From an uncultured Boseongicola sp. (GTDB lineage Bacteria; Actinomycetota; Acidimicrobiia; Spongiisociales; ZC4RG35): DNA of 64,000 nt. Shown here in pieces: positions 46,356-54,494 of this stretch (position 1 is the stretch's first letter; every line of letters begins with the position of its first letter). Under the pieces are notes generated by a model that saw only the letters and a program-made list of their open reading frames with translations, did not search any database and was not told the DNA's origin. The position numbers and the translations under genes are program-made. The stretch is taken from contig CAXMMT010000007.1 of NCBI GenBank assembly GCA_964194555.1, positions 1,117 through 65,116 of the forward strand, read 5' to 3'.

Positions 46356-46619
46356 TCAGTCGGGTTCGATTCCGAGTTCGGCAAGGATTCGAGACCGCTC
46401 GCGGGTGTAGCGGTCTTCGCTTATCGCACCGGCCTCGCGTTCGGCGTTGAGCCGGGCGAACTCCTCGAAAAGGGCAGTCTCGTTGGTAGCCGATAGGCGG
46501 GCGGTGTCGTCTGTTCGGGCTTCCCGTTTGGTCTGTTTGGCCTGTTTCTTTACTGCACGAGCTTGTTCCCTCGCTCGCTTCGCGACCGCTTCGCCTCGGC
46601 TTTTAGCCATGCCGGCCAA
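46356..46619 (-). CDS. Small basic/acidic hypothetical protein (87 aa), SHOCT-like C-terminus
   Basis: Lys/Arg-rich N-terminus, then FEEFARLNAEREAGAISEDRYTRERSRILAELG. Confidence 0.45.
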   Translation of the reverse strand: MAGMAKSRGEAVAKRAREQARAVKKQAKQTKREARTDDTARLSATNETALFEEFARLNAEREAGAISEDRYTRERSRILAELGIEPD

Positions 46620-46706
46620 TAGAGTGGACGCTTGGGAACGCCAAGATCGGAGAAGACAGCATCATCTCTGGCCTAGCGGCCGGCTAGCGCGGTGTAGTCG
46701 AATGGG

Positions 46707-46958
46707 TCAGGAACGCTCTTTGGCGATGTTGACATTGAGGCTGCGGCCTTCAAAGTCAGATCCGTTGAGCGCACTGATCGCATTCTGGGCGCTGTCGGCC
46801 GATCCCATTTCGACGAAACCGAAACCGCGGGAGCGGCCGGTGTCGCGATCGGAAATCACCTGAGCTTTGGTGACGGGACCGTGCTCGGCGAACAAGCGCT
46901 CAAGATCGGACGAATCGGTAGAAAACGCGAGATTCCCCACGTAGATATTTGTGGACAT
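46707..46958 (-). CDS. RRM (RNP-1/RNP-2) RNA-binding protein
   Basis: MSTNIYVGNLAFSTDSSDLERLFAEHGPVTKAQVISDRDTGRSRGFGFVEMGS.... RNP-2 is IYVGNL and RNP-1 is RGFGFVEM. ATG at 46958 has an AAAGGAG RBS. The tracked extension to 47225 is rejected. Confidence 0.9.
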   Translation of the reverse strand: MSTNIYVGNLAFSTDSSDLERLFAEHGPVTKAQVISDRDTGRSRGFGFVEMGSADSAQNAISALNGSDFEGRSLNVNIAKERS

Positions 46959-47245
46959 TGCATGCTCCTTTGAGCTGAACCGTCTACTTGTTGGCACCTG
47001 ACAGGCCGAGCAACTCAGATCCCGGTCAGATCGACCGAGAAACGGGAGCACCCTGCTGCGACACCGACGGAACGACAGAAGCAGAGAAAGGCGAAGCACG
47101 TGAACCGTGCAATAAGCACACCCTAACCAATCACCCCCACTAACCACGCCAGCTCGCTGTGGAACAACGATCCACCTTCGAACCACGAGGCGAAGGGGTC
47201 CTTCAAAGGATTCGACCAGCCGCACAAAGTGTAGAAAGTCCTACA

Positions 47246-47302
47246 GGCCCCGCCTATAGCCGGCAATATGTATCCCTCGGTGGACACGCATAAGTGCGGC
47301 GG
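47246..47302. repeat. Island repeat, copy d (extended ~60-nt form)
   Basis: GGCCCCGCCTATAGCCGGCAATATGTATCCCTCGGTGGACACGCATAAGTGCGGCGG, about 290 nt upstream of the RRM gene. Confidence 0.65.
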
Positions 47303-47523
47303 TTTCAAGGGGTCATTGCAACGCTTTCGCATTTGTCACGTTTGGCAACGCCGAAGCCTCCTTGTCTGCTCCTACCTCCATCGGAGAGTCAGAGGGTCTA
47401 AGAGTGTTCCTTGATGCTCCGGGACAGTGGGGACTCGTCTGCTTCGACCTTTCGGGAGGTGAGCACGACGGAGCCGGACTCGACTACGTGACAATGTTCA
47501 CCGTCAACGAATAGCCAATAGGT

Positions 47524-47660
47524 AGCGCATAACCGGCATTATGCGTTCCTCGTAGTGCCTGGTCACGGGCTGCTTCTCACTCGGCTGACAGGGTATCTGA
47601 CACTGAAATGAGAGGGTACGAAAAGTAAAAGGTGGCCCTGACGACGTGATCCCGATCACA
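47524..47660. repeat. Island repeat copy e (core, in the palindrome CGCATAA-ccggca-TTATGCG) plus ~100-nt element R1
   Basis: The core lies at 47532-47542. R1 (47557-47660) reads CCTGGTCACGGGCTGCTTCTCACTCGGCTGACAGGGTATCTGACACTGAAATGAGAGGGTACGAAAAGTAAAAGGTGGCCCTGACGACGTGATCCCGATCAC. Confidence 0.7.
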
Positions 47661-47824
47661 GCGGTGTCGATCTCCGGAGCCGGTCGCGTGGCGCCTGGTC
47701 TAGCGCATGTTTCTTTCGTTGGTTGATCTTGAAGCCTTGCCGGGCTTCTGGGAGGAATACGCTGTGGTTGTGGATGCTGGGTGGATGACCACGATGGCAT
47801 CGTGCGCTCGCCCGGTCGACGAGG

Positions 47825-49237
47825 ATGGAGCTTGTGATGGTTGGCCGTCGGATTGTTATGACGTTGGCGTTTTATCCACGAGGTGGATCGGCGCAGGTGG
47901 TGCGCTATTTGGGCGGAACGCTTGAGAAGTTGGGGCACGCGGTGACGGTGTGTTGTGGGTCGCTGGGGCCGTCGGGATCTTCCTCTCATGCGGCGACGTT
48001 CTTCGCGGGCCTTGACGTGCAGGCGCTTGACTTCTCCGAAGCAGCGACATGGTTCGAACAGGGACAGGATCCGATGGCTGCGCCGGTGCCCTTCCCCCCG
48101 TCGTTTGAGGATCGACCCGACGTGCCCGACCGGGTGTTCGTCTCGTTGGACGACGACGCTTACCACCGTCAGGTAGCAATGTGGCAGTCGCTGCTCGAAC
48201 GGGTCGGGCTACCGGATCTGTATCACATACACCATCTGACCCAGGTCAACGATGCGGTGGCGGCTGTCGGGGATCGACCCACTGTTGTTCACCTGCATGG
48301 CACCGAGCTGAAAATGCTGGCCAAGATTCATCTCGGCGGTGGGGAGCCATGGAAGCATGCGACCGAGTGGGTTCAGCGTCTGGTGAGGGTTGGCCGTCGG
48401 GCCGATCGTCTCGTGGTCATTTCACCAACAGATCGTCAGCTGGCAATCGACCTGTTGGGAGTGGCCCCTTCGCTCATCGAAGTCGTACCGAACGGGGTTG
48501 ACCTCACCAGGTTCGCACCCCTCCGCTTGCCAGGGAGTGAACGGTTGGTCCGCTGGCGTCAGTGGCTGGTGGACAAGCCACAAGGCTGGGATGAGAGCGG
48601 CCAGCCGGGAACGATCCGCTACTCGGACAACGACATCGACCGTTTCTTTTTGGACCCGGCGTCAGGAGAGCTGCTCCCAGTGCTGCTGTTCGTCGGCCGC
48701 TTCTTGGACTTCAAACGGGTCCCGCTTCTCGTCCGTGCCTACGCCGCGGCCCGTGAGGCGCTGGGACAGTTCGCACCGCCGTTGGTGATCTGGGGTGGTT
48801 ATCCCGGCGAGTGGGAAGGCGAACATCCCCACACGGTGGCGACCACGTTGGGGGGCGACGGGGTCTTCTTCGTCGGCTGGCGGGGCCATGAGGATCTCAC
48901 CGCGGGGTTGAACTGTGCTGACGTGTTCGTGGCACCCTCGGTCGATGAGCCCTTCGGCCAGGTCTATCTGGAGGCCATGGCCTGCGGCCTCCCAGTAATC
49001 GCCACCGATTCGGGCGGTCCCCAATCGTTCGTCAACACCGATCAGGCTCGGCCCAACGGCTGGCGGGTCACACCCGACAACGAGACAGAACTCACAGACG
49101 CCATAATCGAGGCGACCTCCGACAAGGCCACCCGACGTCAACGAGGGCGCAACGCCCGACGGCTGATCGAACGCCAATACGACTGGCGTCGCATCGCCGA
49201 GCACATCGACCGAATCTACAACGATCTACTCGCCTAG
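47825..49237 (+). CDS. GT4-family (GT-B fold) glycosyltransferase
   Basis: 470 aa. N-terminus IVMTLAFYPRGGSAQVVRYLGGTLEKLGHAVTV. The EX7E block is EPFGQVYLEAMACGLPVIATDSGG. The exact start is uncertain between 47825 and 47861. Confidence 0.85.
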   Translation: MELVMVGRRIVMTLAFYPRGGSAQVVRYLGGTLEKLGHAVTVCCGSLGPSGSSSHAATFFAGLDVQALDFSEAATWFEQGQDPMAAPVPFPPSFEDRPDVPDRVFVSLDDDAYHRQVAMWQSLLERVGLPDLYHIHHLTQVNDAVAAVGDRPTVVHLHGTELKMLAKIHLGGGEPWKHATEWVQRLVRVGRRADRLVVISPTDRQLAIDLLGVAPSLIEVVPNGVDLTRFAPLRLPGSERLVRWRQWLVDKPQGWDESGQPGTIRYSDNDIDRFFLDPASGELLPVLLFVGRFLDFKRVPLLVRAYAAAREALGQFAPPLVIWGGYPGEWEGEHPHTVATTLGGDGVFFVGWRGHEDLTAGLNCADVFVAPSVDEPFGQVYLEAMACGLPVIATDSGGPQSFVNTDQARPNGWRVTPDNETELTDAIIEATSDKATRRQRGRNARRLIERQYDWRRIAEHIDRIYNDLLA

Positions 49238-49263
49238 CGAGCAAAGGTCCCCGTCGCTGTTTA

Positions 49264-49297
49264 TTCCGGTTCTAGAACGCCGGTTCTAGAACCGGAA
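49264..49297. terminator. 15-bp perfect hairpin after the glycosyltransferase gene
   Basis: TTCCGGTTCTAGAAC-gccg-GTTCTAGAACCGGAA, starting 27 nt after the stop. It contains two GGTTCTAGAACC palindromes, so an operator role cannot be excluded. Confidence 0.55.
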
Positions 49298-49317
49298 CAC
49301 GCTCGCTTGAAGAGGCT

Positions 49318-49404
49318 ACTGACACTCGGCTGACAGGGTGGTTGACATCGGAGTTGAAGGGTCGGAAAGTGATGGCTCGCTCTGACGACGTGGGCTCCGA
49401 TCAG
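49318..49404. repeat. ~100-nt island element, copy R2
   Basis: ...CTCGGCTGACAGGGTGGTTGACATCGGAGTTGAAGGGTCGGAAAGTGATGGCTCGCTCTGACGACGTGGGCTCCGATCAG. It contains the complementary pair ATCGGAG / CTCCGAT. Confidence 0.7.
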
Positions 49405-49424
49405 TCGATCGCGCGTCCATCACA

Positions 49425-49526
49425 CCTGGTTACGTGCTGCTTGTCATCCGGTGACAGGGTGGTTGACACTGAGATCGGAGGGATGCGAAAAGTGACGAGC
49501 GGCACTAGCGACGGGAACCCGATCAC
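49425..49526. repeat. ~100-nt island element, copy R3
   Basis: CCTGGTTACGTGCTGCTTGTCATCCGGTGACAGGGTGGTTGACACTGAGATCGGAGGGATGCGAAAAGTGACGAGCGGCACTAGCGACGGGAACCCGATCAC. Confidence 0.7.
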
Positions 49527-49598
49527 GGGCGCCGGTTTCGTGAGCCGTGGGGTCACGTCCATGGACGCTATGTGTTGCAATAACCACCTGACCTCGCA

Positions 49599-49609
49599 GG
49601 CATTATGCG
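49599..49609. repeat. Island repeat core, copy f (GGCATTATGCG)
   Basis: The context TCGCAGGCATTATGCGTGG is nearly identical to copy b (TCGCAGGCATTATGTGCGG). Confidence 0.55.
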
Positions 49610-49956
49610 TGGTTTGTGGCTCTTCCTTCCCGGGTTGTCGCCGAGATCAAACTCGGATCAAACGCGACCCCATGGAGCGTATAGAGCCTTTCGAGTCTGA
49701 AACGGATATCGGGCCGGCTTGGTAAATCCTGGGAAGTGTCGAGATCCCCGACGTGCTTTGTGGAGATACGATAATGAAATCGAAACCCCACCGAATAAAC
49801 GTTGGGCAGTCCATGTGAGACTGGCATGCGGGAGACATCGAAGCGTGGCCCCGAACCGGTGTGATTTCGGGGAAACGGTTGCGACACTTTCGACGAGGAT
49901 TGTCGTCTCGTTATCGAGGTGCCATGTGGAACGGTTTCGCTAAGTCGAGCGAGATC

Positions 49957-50760
49957 CTATTTGCGCAGCATCGCGTCGAGTCGGCGGTTGGCGATGGCTG
50001 CTCCGACCAAACCCATCACAGCCAGGTAGGCGGCATGACCAATCATGGTCCAGTCGACGAGGCCAAGTGTGAACCCACGAAGTAGTTCGGTGCCGTGATA
50101 GAGCGGTGAGATCTTGGCGACGTTCTGGATCAGCGGTGGGTAGACGTCGAGAGGATAGAAAGTACCGGAGAACAGGAAGAGGGGCATCGTCACCAGGGTC
50201 ACGAGATCGAAGTCCTGCCAGGAGCGCATGAAGGTGGTGGCCGCCATACCGACTGCGCCGAAGGCGAATCCGACCAGTGTTGCGGCCGGGATGGCCAGCA
50301 GCGCCGTCCAGGACTCGGTCAATCCCATGGCGAACATGACCACGACAAACGCTGTGGAGTAGAGGACGCCACGCAGCAGGGCCCAACCGATCTCGCCGAT
50401 GGCGATGTCGGAGGGCTGCATTGGCGTCGTGAGAACACCTTCGTACACCTTCTGGAACTTGAGCTTGAAGAAGATGTTGAACGTGGTCTCGATGACTGCT
50501 CCGTTCATAGCCGATGCGGCCATCATCGCCGGAGCGACGAAGGAGGCATATGGGATCTGTGTGCCGTTTGGCAGTGTCACATCGCCCACCAGCGCACCGA
50601 CCCCGATTCCAACTGCGAAAAGGTAGAAGACAGGCTCGAAAAACCCGCTGAAAATGATCTTCCACAAACGGCGATAAGCGATGTAATTCTTCTCCCAGAT
50701 CCGCTGGGCCCGGAATGGAGTCACCTTCGGAGTGAGCCTGGCAGGAGCCGAGAGACTCAT
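49957..50760 (-). CDS. ABC-2 type exporter permease (DrrB/NodJ-like)
   Basis: ATG at 50760 (MSLSAPARLTPKV...) forms an ATGA overlap with the upstream permease stop. It has ~6 TM. The tracked extension to 51279 is rejected. Confidence 0.82.
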   Translation of the reverse strand: MSLSAPARLTPKVTPFRAQRIWEKNYIAYRRLWKIIFSGFFEPVFYLFAVGIGVGALVGDVTLPNGTQIPYASFVAPAMMAASAMNGAVIETTFNIFFKLKFQKVYEGVLTTPMQPSDIAIGEIGWALLRGVLYSTAFVVVMFAMGLTESWTALLAIPAATLVGFAFGAVGMAATTFMRSWQDFDLVTLVTMPLFLFSGTFYPLDVYPPLIQNVAKISPLYHGTELLRGFTLGLVDWTMIGHAAYLAVMGLVGAAIANRRLDAMLRK

Positions 50761-51545
50761 GGCCGGAGCTTCCGGTCGAGAAGGCGCACAGAGAGGTAGA
50801 TACCGATCGCTGTCATCACGATTAGGTAGAGAAGCGAGGCCCAGATCGGCAAGCCAGTCACGATCGATGCGTTGGCACCTGGAAGGGCGATCTTCCGAAC
50901 CAGTTCGACCCCATGAAACAGAGGAGTGATGTACGCCACGGGTTGGAGGAAATCGGGGAGTTGGCTTATCGGAAAGAAGGTCCCCGAGAACAGGAACAGA
51001 GGCACGATGGCAAAACGAAACAGAGTGGAGAGGCTTGTCCCATCCTTCTGAGTAAGGGTCCATGCGGTGATGACGGTGGTAAATGCGATACCCGTCAGCA
51101 CAGCGGGCGGAATCGCCAAGAGGGCCGGTCCAAGTTCCATGGCCCCGAACAAGACAGCGATGACCGCGAACACGCAAAGCACGAAGACGAGACGCGCCAC
51201 ACCCCAGATCAACCTGCCCAAGATGATGTCTGCCGGGCCCAGGGGTGTCGTAATGGTCCCATGAAAGTTCTTGCGCCATATGACCCCGGCCATCACCGGA
51301 AACGATCCGTCCCCGGCACCGTTCTGCATCGCTGTGGCAGCCATCAACCCGGATGCCACAAAAACGAGATAGGGGATGCCCAGGTTGCCGCCGCCGGCAT
51401 CGACGAGTGAGCCGAGCCCGGCGCCCATGGCTGCAAGAAAAAGCACCGGGTTGACGAAGGAGGTAATGACTGTGCCCCGCCAGGTCCGGCGGTAGGCGAT
51501 GACCTCCGATTCGGCGAATCGGAGTGAGCGGGAGACGGTTGTCAT
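50757..51545 (-). CDS. ABC-2 type exporter permease (DrrB/NodJ-like)
   Basis: 262 aa, ~6 TM, paralogous to the downstream permease. It overlaps the ATPase stop by 1 nt. Confidence 0.82.
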   Translation of the reverse strand: MTTVSRSLRFAESEVIAYRRTWRGTVITSFVNPVLFLAAMGAGLGSLVDAGGGNLGIPYLVFVASGLMAATAMQNGAGDGSFPVMAGVIWRKNFHGTITTPLGPADIILGRLIWGVARLVFVLCVFAVIAVLFGAMELGPALLAIPPAVLTGIAFTTVITAWTLTQKDGTSLSTLFRFAIVPLFLFSGTFFPISQLPDFLQPVAYITPLFHGVELVRKIALPGANASIVTGLPIWASLLYLIVMTAIGIYLSVRLLDRKLRP

Positions 51546-52471
51546 CAGTCGATCAGTCTCCGGCCGGTGAGACGGAGGAAGACATCTTCGAGCGTCGACC
51601 TCCGGACCAGCACCTGCTCGGGGTGGATCCCACGCTCGTGAAGTGCGCGCTGGGTGTCGTCGGCGTCATCGGTGTAGAGAAGAACTCGATCTGCCAAAAC
51701 CTCAGACCGTGGCGCAACGCCGTCCATCTTGATGACTGCGTCGTCGTTGTGCTCGTCATCGAATCTGAGTTCGAGGACTTCCCGCGGCGCATACTGCTCG
51801 ATGAGCTCGCGGGGTGATCCTTCGGCGACGATCTTGCCCTGGTCCATCACCACGAGCCGGTCGCAGAGTTGCTCGGCCTCGTCCATGTAGTGAGTTGTGA
51901 TTATGAGCGTGGCACCATCACGCTTGAGCCGATAGAGCCGATCCCAGAGGAGGTGGCGGGCCTGGGGATCCAGCCCGGTGGTCGGCTCGTCGAGGATGAT
52001 CAGGTCAGGGTCGTTGATCAGGGCACGTGCGATGGTGAGACGCCGCTTCATCCCCCCGGAAAGAGGTTCGACTTCGGAGTCCTTGCGCTCGGTGAGTTGC
52101 GCAAAATCGAGGAGCTCCTCGATTCGCGGCATTATGTCGGCCTTCTTCATGTCGTGATAGCGGCCGTAGATATAGAGGTTCTCTGCGACGGTCAGTTCGA
52201 GATCGAGGTTGTCCTCCTGGGGGACCACGCCGATGCGTTGACGGATTGATCGACCTTGCGTGGTCGGGTCGAGGCCGAACACGGTCATCTTGCCCTCGGT
52301 AATGGGACTGACGGTTGTGATCATCTTCATCGTCGAGGTCTTTCCGGCGCCGTTCGGGCCGAGGAAGCCGAAAGCCTCGCCCTTGCGGATGTCGAAGTCG
52401 ATGGCGTCGACAGCGGTGAAGTCGTCGAATCTCTTGGTGAGGCCGCGCGCCTCCACGAGGATTTCAGTCAT
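51545..52471 (-). CDS. ABC transporter ATP-binding protein (DrrA/NodI-like)
   Basis: Walker A GPNGAGKTS, signature LSGGMKRRLTIARAL and Walker B LIILDEPTTGLDP. Confidence 0.92.
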   Translation of the reverse strand: MTEILVEARGLTKRFDDFTAVDAIDFDIRKGEAFGFLGPNGAGKTSTMKMITTVSPITEGKMTVFGLDPTTQGRSIRQRIGVVPQEDNLDLELTVAENLYIYGRYHDMKKADIMPRIEELLDFAQLTERKDSEVEPLSGGMKRRLTIARALINDPDLIILDEPTTGLDPQARHLLWDRLYRLKRDGATLIITTHYMDEAEQLCDRLVVMDQGKIVAEGSPRELIEQYAPREVLELRFDDEHNDDAVIKMDGVAPRSEVLADRVLLYTDDADDTQRALHERGIHPEQVLVRRSTLEDVFLRLTGRRLID

Positions 52472-52507
52472 GAATCAATTGACGGTAGTTGGGGCTCGTT
52501 CCGCCTA

Positions 52508-53002
52508 CTAATACCGGTCGAACCTGATTATTGACCTGGTTGATTTCCGGCCACCCATCTTGGCTGGTTTGGCGTCGGCCGTCGGATACCCGAGGGCAAC
52601 CGCGTATCTGACGACGGTGCCGCTCGGTGCGCCCATGTACTCACGGGCGTTGATGTCGCGGTGAAGAGTGATTGGACACGATGCGACGCCGATCGCCTTG
52701 GAGGCGAGCATCATGTTCTGGGCGGCCCTACCGATATCGAACATGTTTCCGCCCTCTTCCTGGACGAGAACCACCGTCGCCGCCGAGTCTCGGACCGGTT
52801 GGGTGAAGTCCCCGTGTTCGGCAAGACCCTGAAGAAGGTTGGGATCGGTGACAGCGATGAAGGACCAGTCCTGTCGGTTCTTGGAGCTGCCGGTCATTCG
52901 GCCGGCTTGGAGAATCGCCTCGAGATCCTCAGTCGCGAGTGGATCGGTCTTGTAGTCGCGAATGGCTCGCAGGTTGAGAATGAAGTCGTAAGTATCGGAC
53001 AT
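52508..53002 (-). CDS. Nitroreductase family protein
   Basis: 164 aa. ...RAIRDYKTDPLATEDLEAILQAGRMTGSSKNRQDWSFIAV... Confidence 0.8.
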   Translation of the reverse strand: MSDTYDFILNLRAIRDYKTDPLATEDLEAILQAGRMTGSSKNRQDWSFIAVTDPNLLQGLAEHGDFTQPVRDSAATVVLVQEEGGNMFDIGRAAQNMMLASKAIGVASCPITLHRDINAREYMGAPSGTVVRYAVALGYPTADAKPAKMGGRKSTRSIIRFDRY

Positions 53003-53082
53003 GGTTCGAGCTTAGAGCTCACGGTTCACCCGGATGATCGGATAGGTTGTGGCCGACCGAGAATCCGAGGAGCTAATCCGTC

Positions 53083-53802
53083 ATGCCCACCCCACACATC
53101 TCTGCCGAGAAAGGTGATTTCGCACCCTCGATTCTGCTACCCGGTGACCCGCTCCGTGCCCAGCACATCGCAGAGAACTTCCTCGAGGACGTCGAGCAGG
53201 TAAACGCGGTCCGCAACATGTTGGGCTACACGGGGACCTACTCGGGCATCCCGATTTCGGTGATGGGCACCGGCATGGGCATCCCCTCGGCGTCGATATA
53301 TACAACCGAGCTCATTGCTGAGTACGCCGTGGAGCGATTGATCAGGGTCGGGTCCTGTGGCGGAATATTGCCTTCTGTGAAGATCCGCGACGTGGTTCTC
53401 GCGATTGGAGCGTGCACCGACTCCGGGGTCAACCGGGTTCGCTACGGCGGCGATGACTTCGCTGCGACAGCAGACTTCTGGCTGCTTCAGGCTGCGGTTA
53501 CCGCGGCGGCGGCCAAGGGAGTCGAGGTGAAGGTTGGAAACGTCCACTCGGTGGACCTCTTCTACAACCCCGACGGTGAGGCTTTCGATCGCATGGAGGC
53601 GATGGGTGTCCTGGCTGTGGAAATGGAGGCAGCGGGTCTCTATGGCGTTGCTGCCGAGAAGGGTGGTCGGGCGTTGACGATTGCGACGGTCTCCGATCAT
53701 GTCAGGACCGGCGAAGCCACCAGCGCCGAAGAGCGGCAACAGACCTTTGACGAAATGGTCGAGATTGCTCTGGAAACCGTCAAGATCGACGTCGAGCGAT
53801 AA
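53083..53802 (+). CDS. deoD: Purine nucleoside phosphorylase, DeoD type
   Basis: [53 protein letters not shown]...GMGIPS...VEMEAAGLY. Confidence 0.93.
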   Translation: MPTPHISAEKGDFAPSILLPGDPLRAQHIAENFLEDVEQVNAVRNMLGYTGTYSGIPISVMGTGMGIPSASIYTTELIAEYAVERLIRVGSCGGILPSVKIRDVVLAIGACTDSGVNRVRYGGDDFAATADFWLLQAAVTAAAAKGVEVKVGNVHSVDLFYNPDGEAFDRMEAMGVLAVEMEAAGLYGVAAEKGGRALTIATVSDHVRTGEATSAEERQQTFDEMVEIALETVKIDVER

Positions 53803-53813
53803 CTCGCAACACG

Positions 53814-54494
53814 ATGTCGCTGGATCGCTCCATCATCAAACAAGGCATTGCCGACGCCTTGCCGCTCTTTGTGCCGGCAATCCCCTTTGCGTTCGTCATT
53901 GGCGTGGTGATCGTCGAGTCGGGAATCAACCCCGTCGTCGGCTGGTCAAGCTCCTGGCTCATCTTCGGTGGCGCAGCCCAGCTGACACTCATCTCGCTGC
54001 TCGGCTCGGGCGCGGCCGTGGCGGCAGCGATCAGCGCCGGTCTCGTGGTCAACGTCAGGCATCTGATGTACTCGGCCGCGATGGCCCCGGTGTTCCAACA
54101 CCAGCCTCGCTGGATGAGATGGATCGGTTCTTATCTCCTCATCGACCAGCAGTTCGCCCTGGCGATGCTTCGCGCCGACGACGATCCGAGGACGTTTCGG
54201 ACCTACTACCTGGCTTCCGGTCTTGTCTTCTGGACCCTGTGGCAGATCATCACGGCGGTGGGCATCGTCCTCGGGCCCATCGTGCAGCAGTCCTGGAGCA
54301 TCGAGTTCGCCATCTCGATTCTGTTCGTTGGCTTGATCGTCATGGGCATCGACAAATACCCCAAGCTGGTTGCCGCACTCGTGGGAGCCGGGGTTACCTA
54401 CCTGTCAGCAGGTTTGCCCAATCGTGCCGGTCTTCTGGTCGGGGCCTTTGCGGGGATCTTGGTCGGCACCATTGCTGAAAGGCTCCGAGGGTGA
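53814..54494 (+). CDS. azlC: AzlC family branched-chain amino acid exporter subunit
   Basis: 226 aa, multi-TM. GIADALPLFVPAIPFAFVIGV...AAQLTLISLL.... It is followed by an overlapping azlD-like gene. Confidence 0.82.
   Translation: MSLDRSIIKQGIADALPLFVPAIPFAFVIGVVIVESGINPVVGWSSSWLIFGGAAQLTLISLLGSGAAVAAAISAGLVVNVRHLMYSAAMAPVFQHQPRWMRWIGSYLLIDQQFALAMLRADDDPRTFRTYYLASGLVFWTLWQIITAVGIVLGPIVQQSWSIEFAISILFVGLIVMGIDKYPKLVAALVGAGVTYLSAGLPNRAGLLVGAFAGILVGTIAERLRG

Noticed and set aside
46360-46385. tRNA-like GGGTTCGATTCCGAG T-loop sequence.
   Set aside because: The flanking bases do not form a T-stem or the rest of a cloverleaf. The sequence lies inside the 3' coding end of the 87-aa ORF.
46198-47420. 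Short plus-strand ORFs starting at the ATG inside repeat cores c and d. They share the N-termini MNRSVITHKC and MYPSVDTHKC.
   Set aside because: The similarity simply reflects the nucleotide repeat. The ORFs diverge immediately afterwards and have shadow-like composition. One is antisense to the 87-aa gene. The other core copies give peptides of 3-7 aa, or ~30 aa for copy f.
49264-49297. The double GGTTCTAGAACC palindrome as a dedicated transcription-factor operator.
   Set aside because: Its position 27 nt after a stop codon and its perfect 15-bp stem fit a terminator more simply. The operator idea is recorded only as a caveat.
52124-52138. A further GGCATTATG match inside the DrrA-like ATPase gene.
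   Set aside because: It lies in frame within conserved coding sequence (…ADIMPRI…) with none of the extended flanks. I treat it as a chance match.
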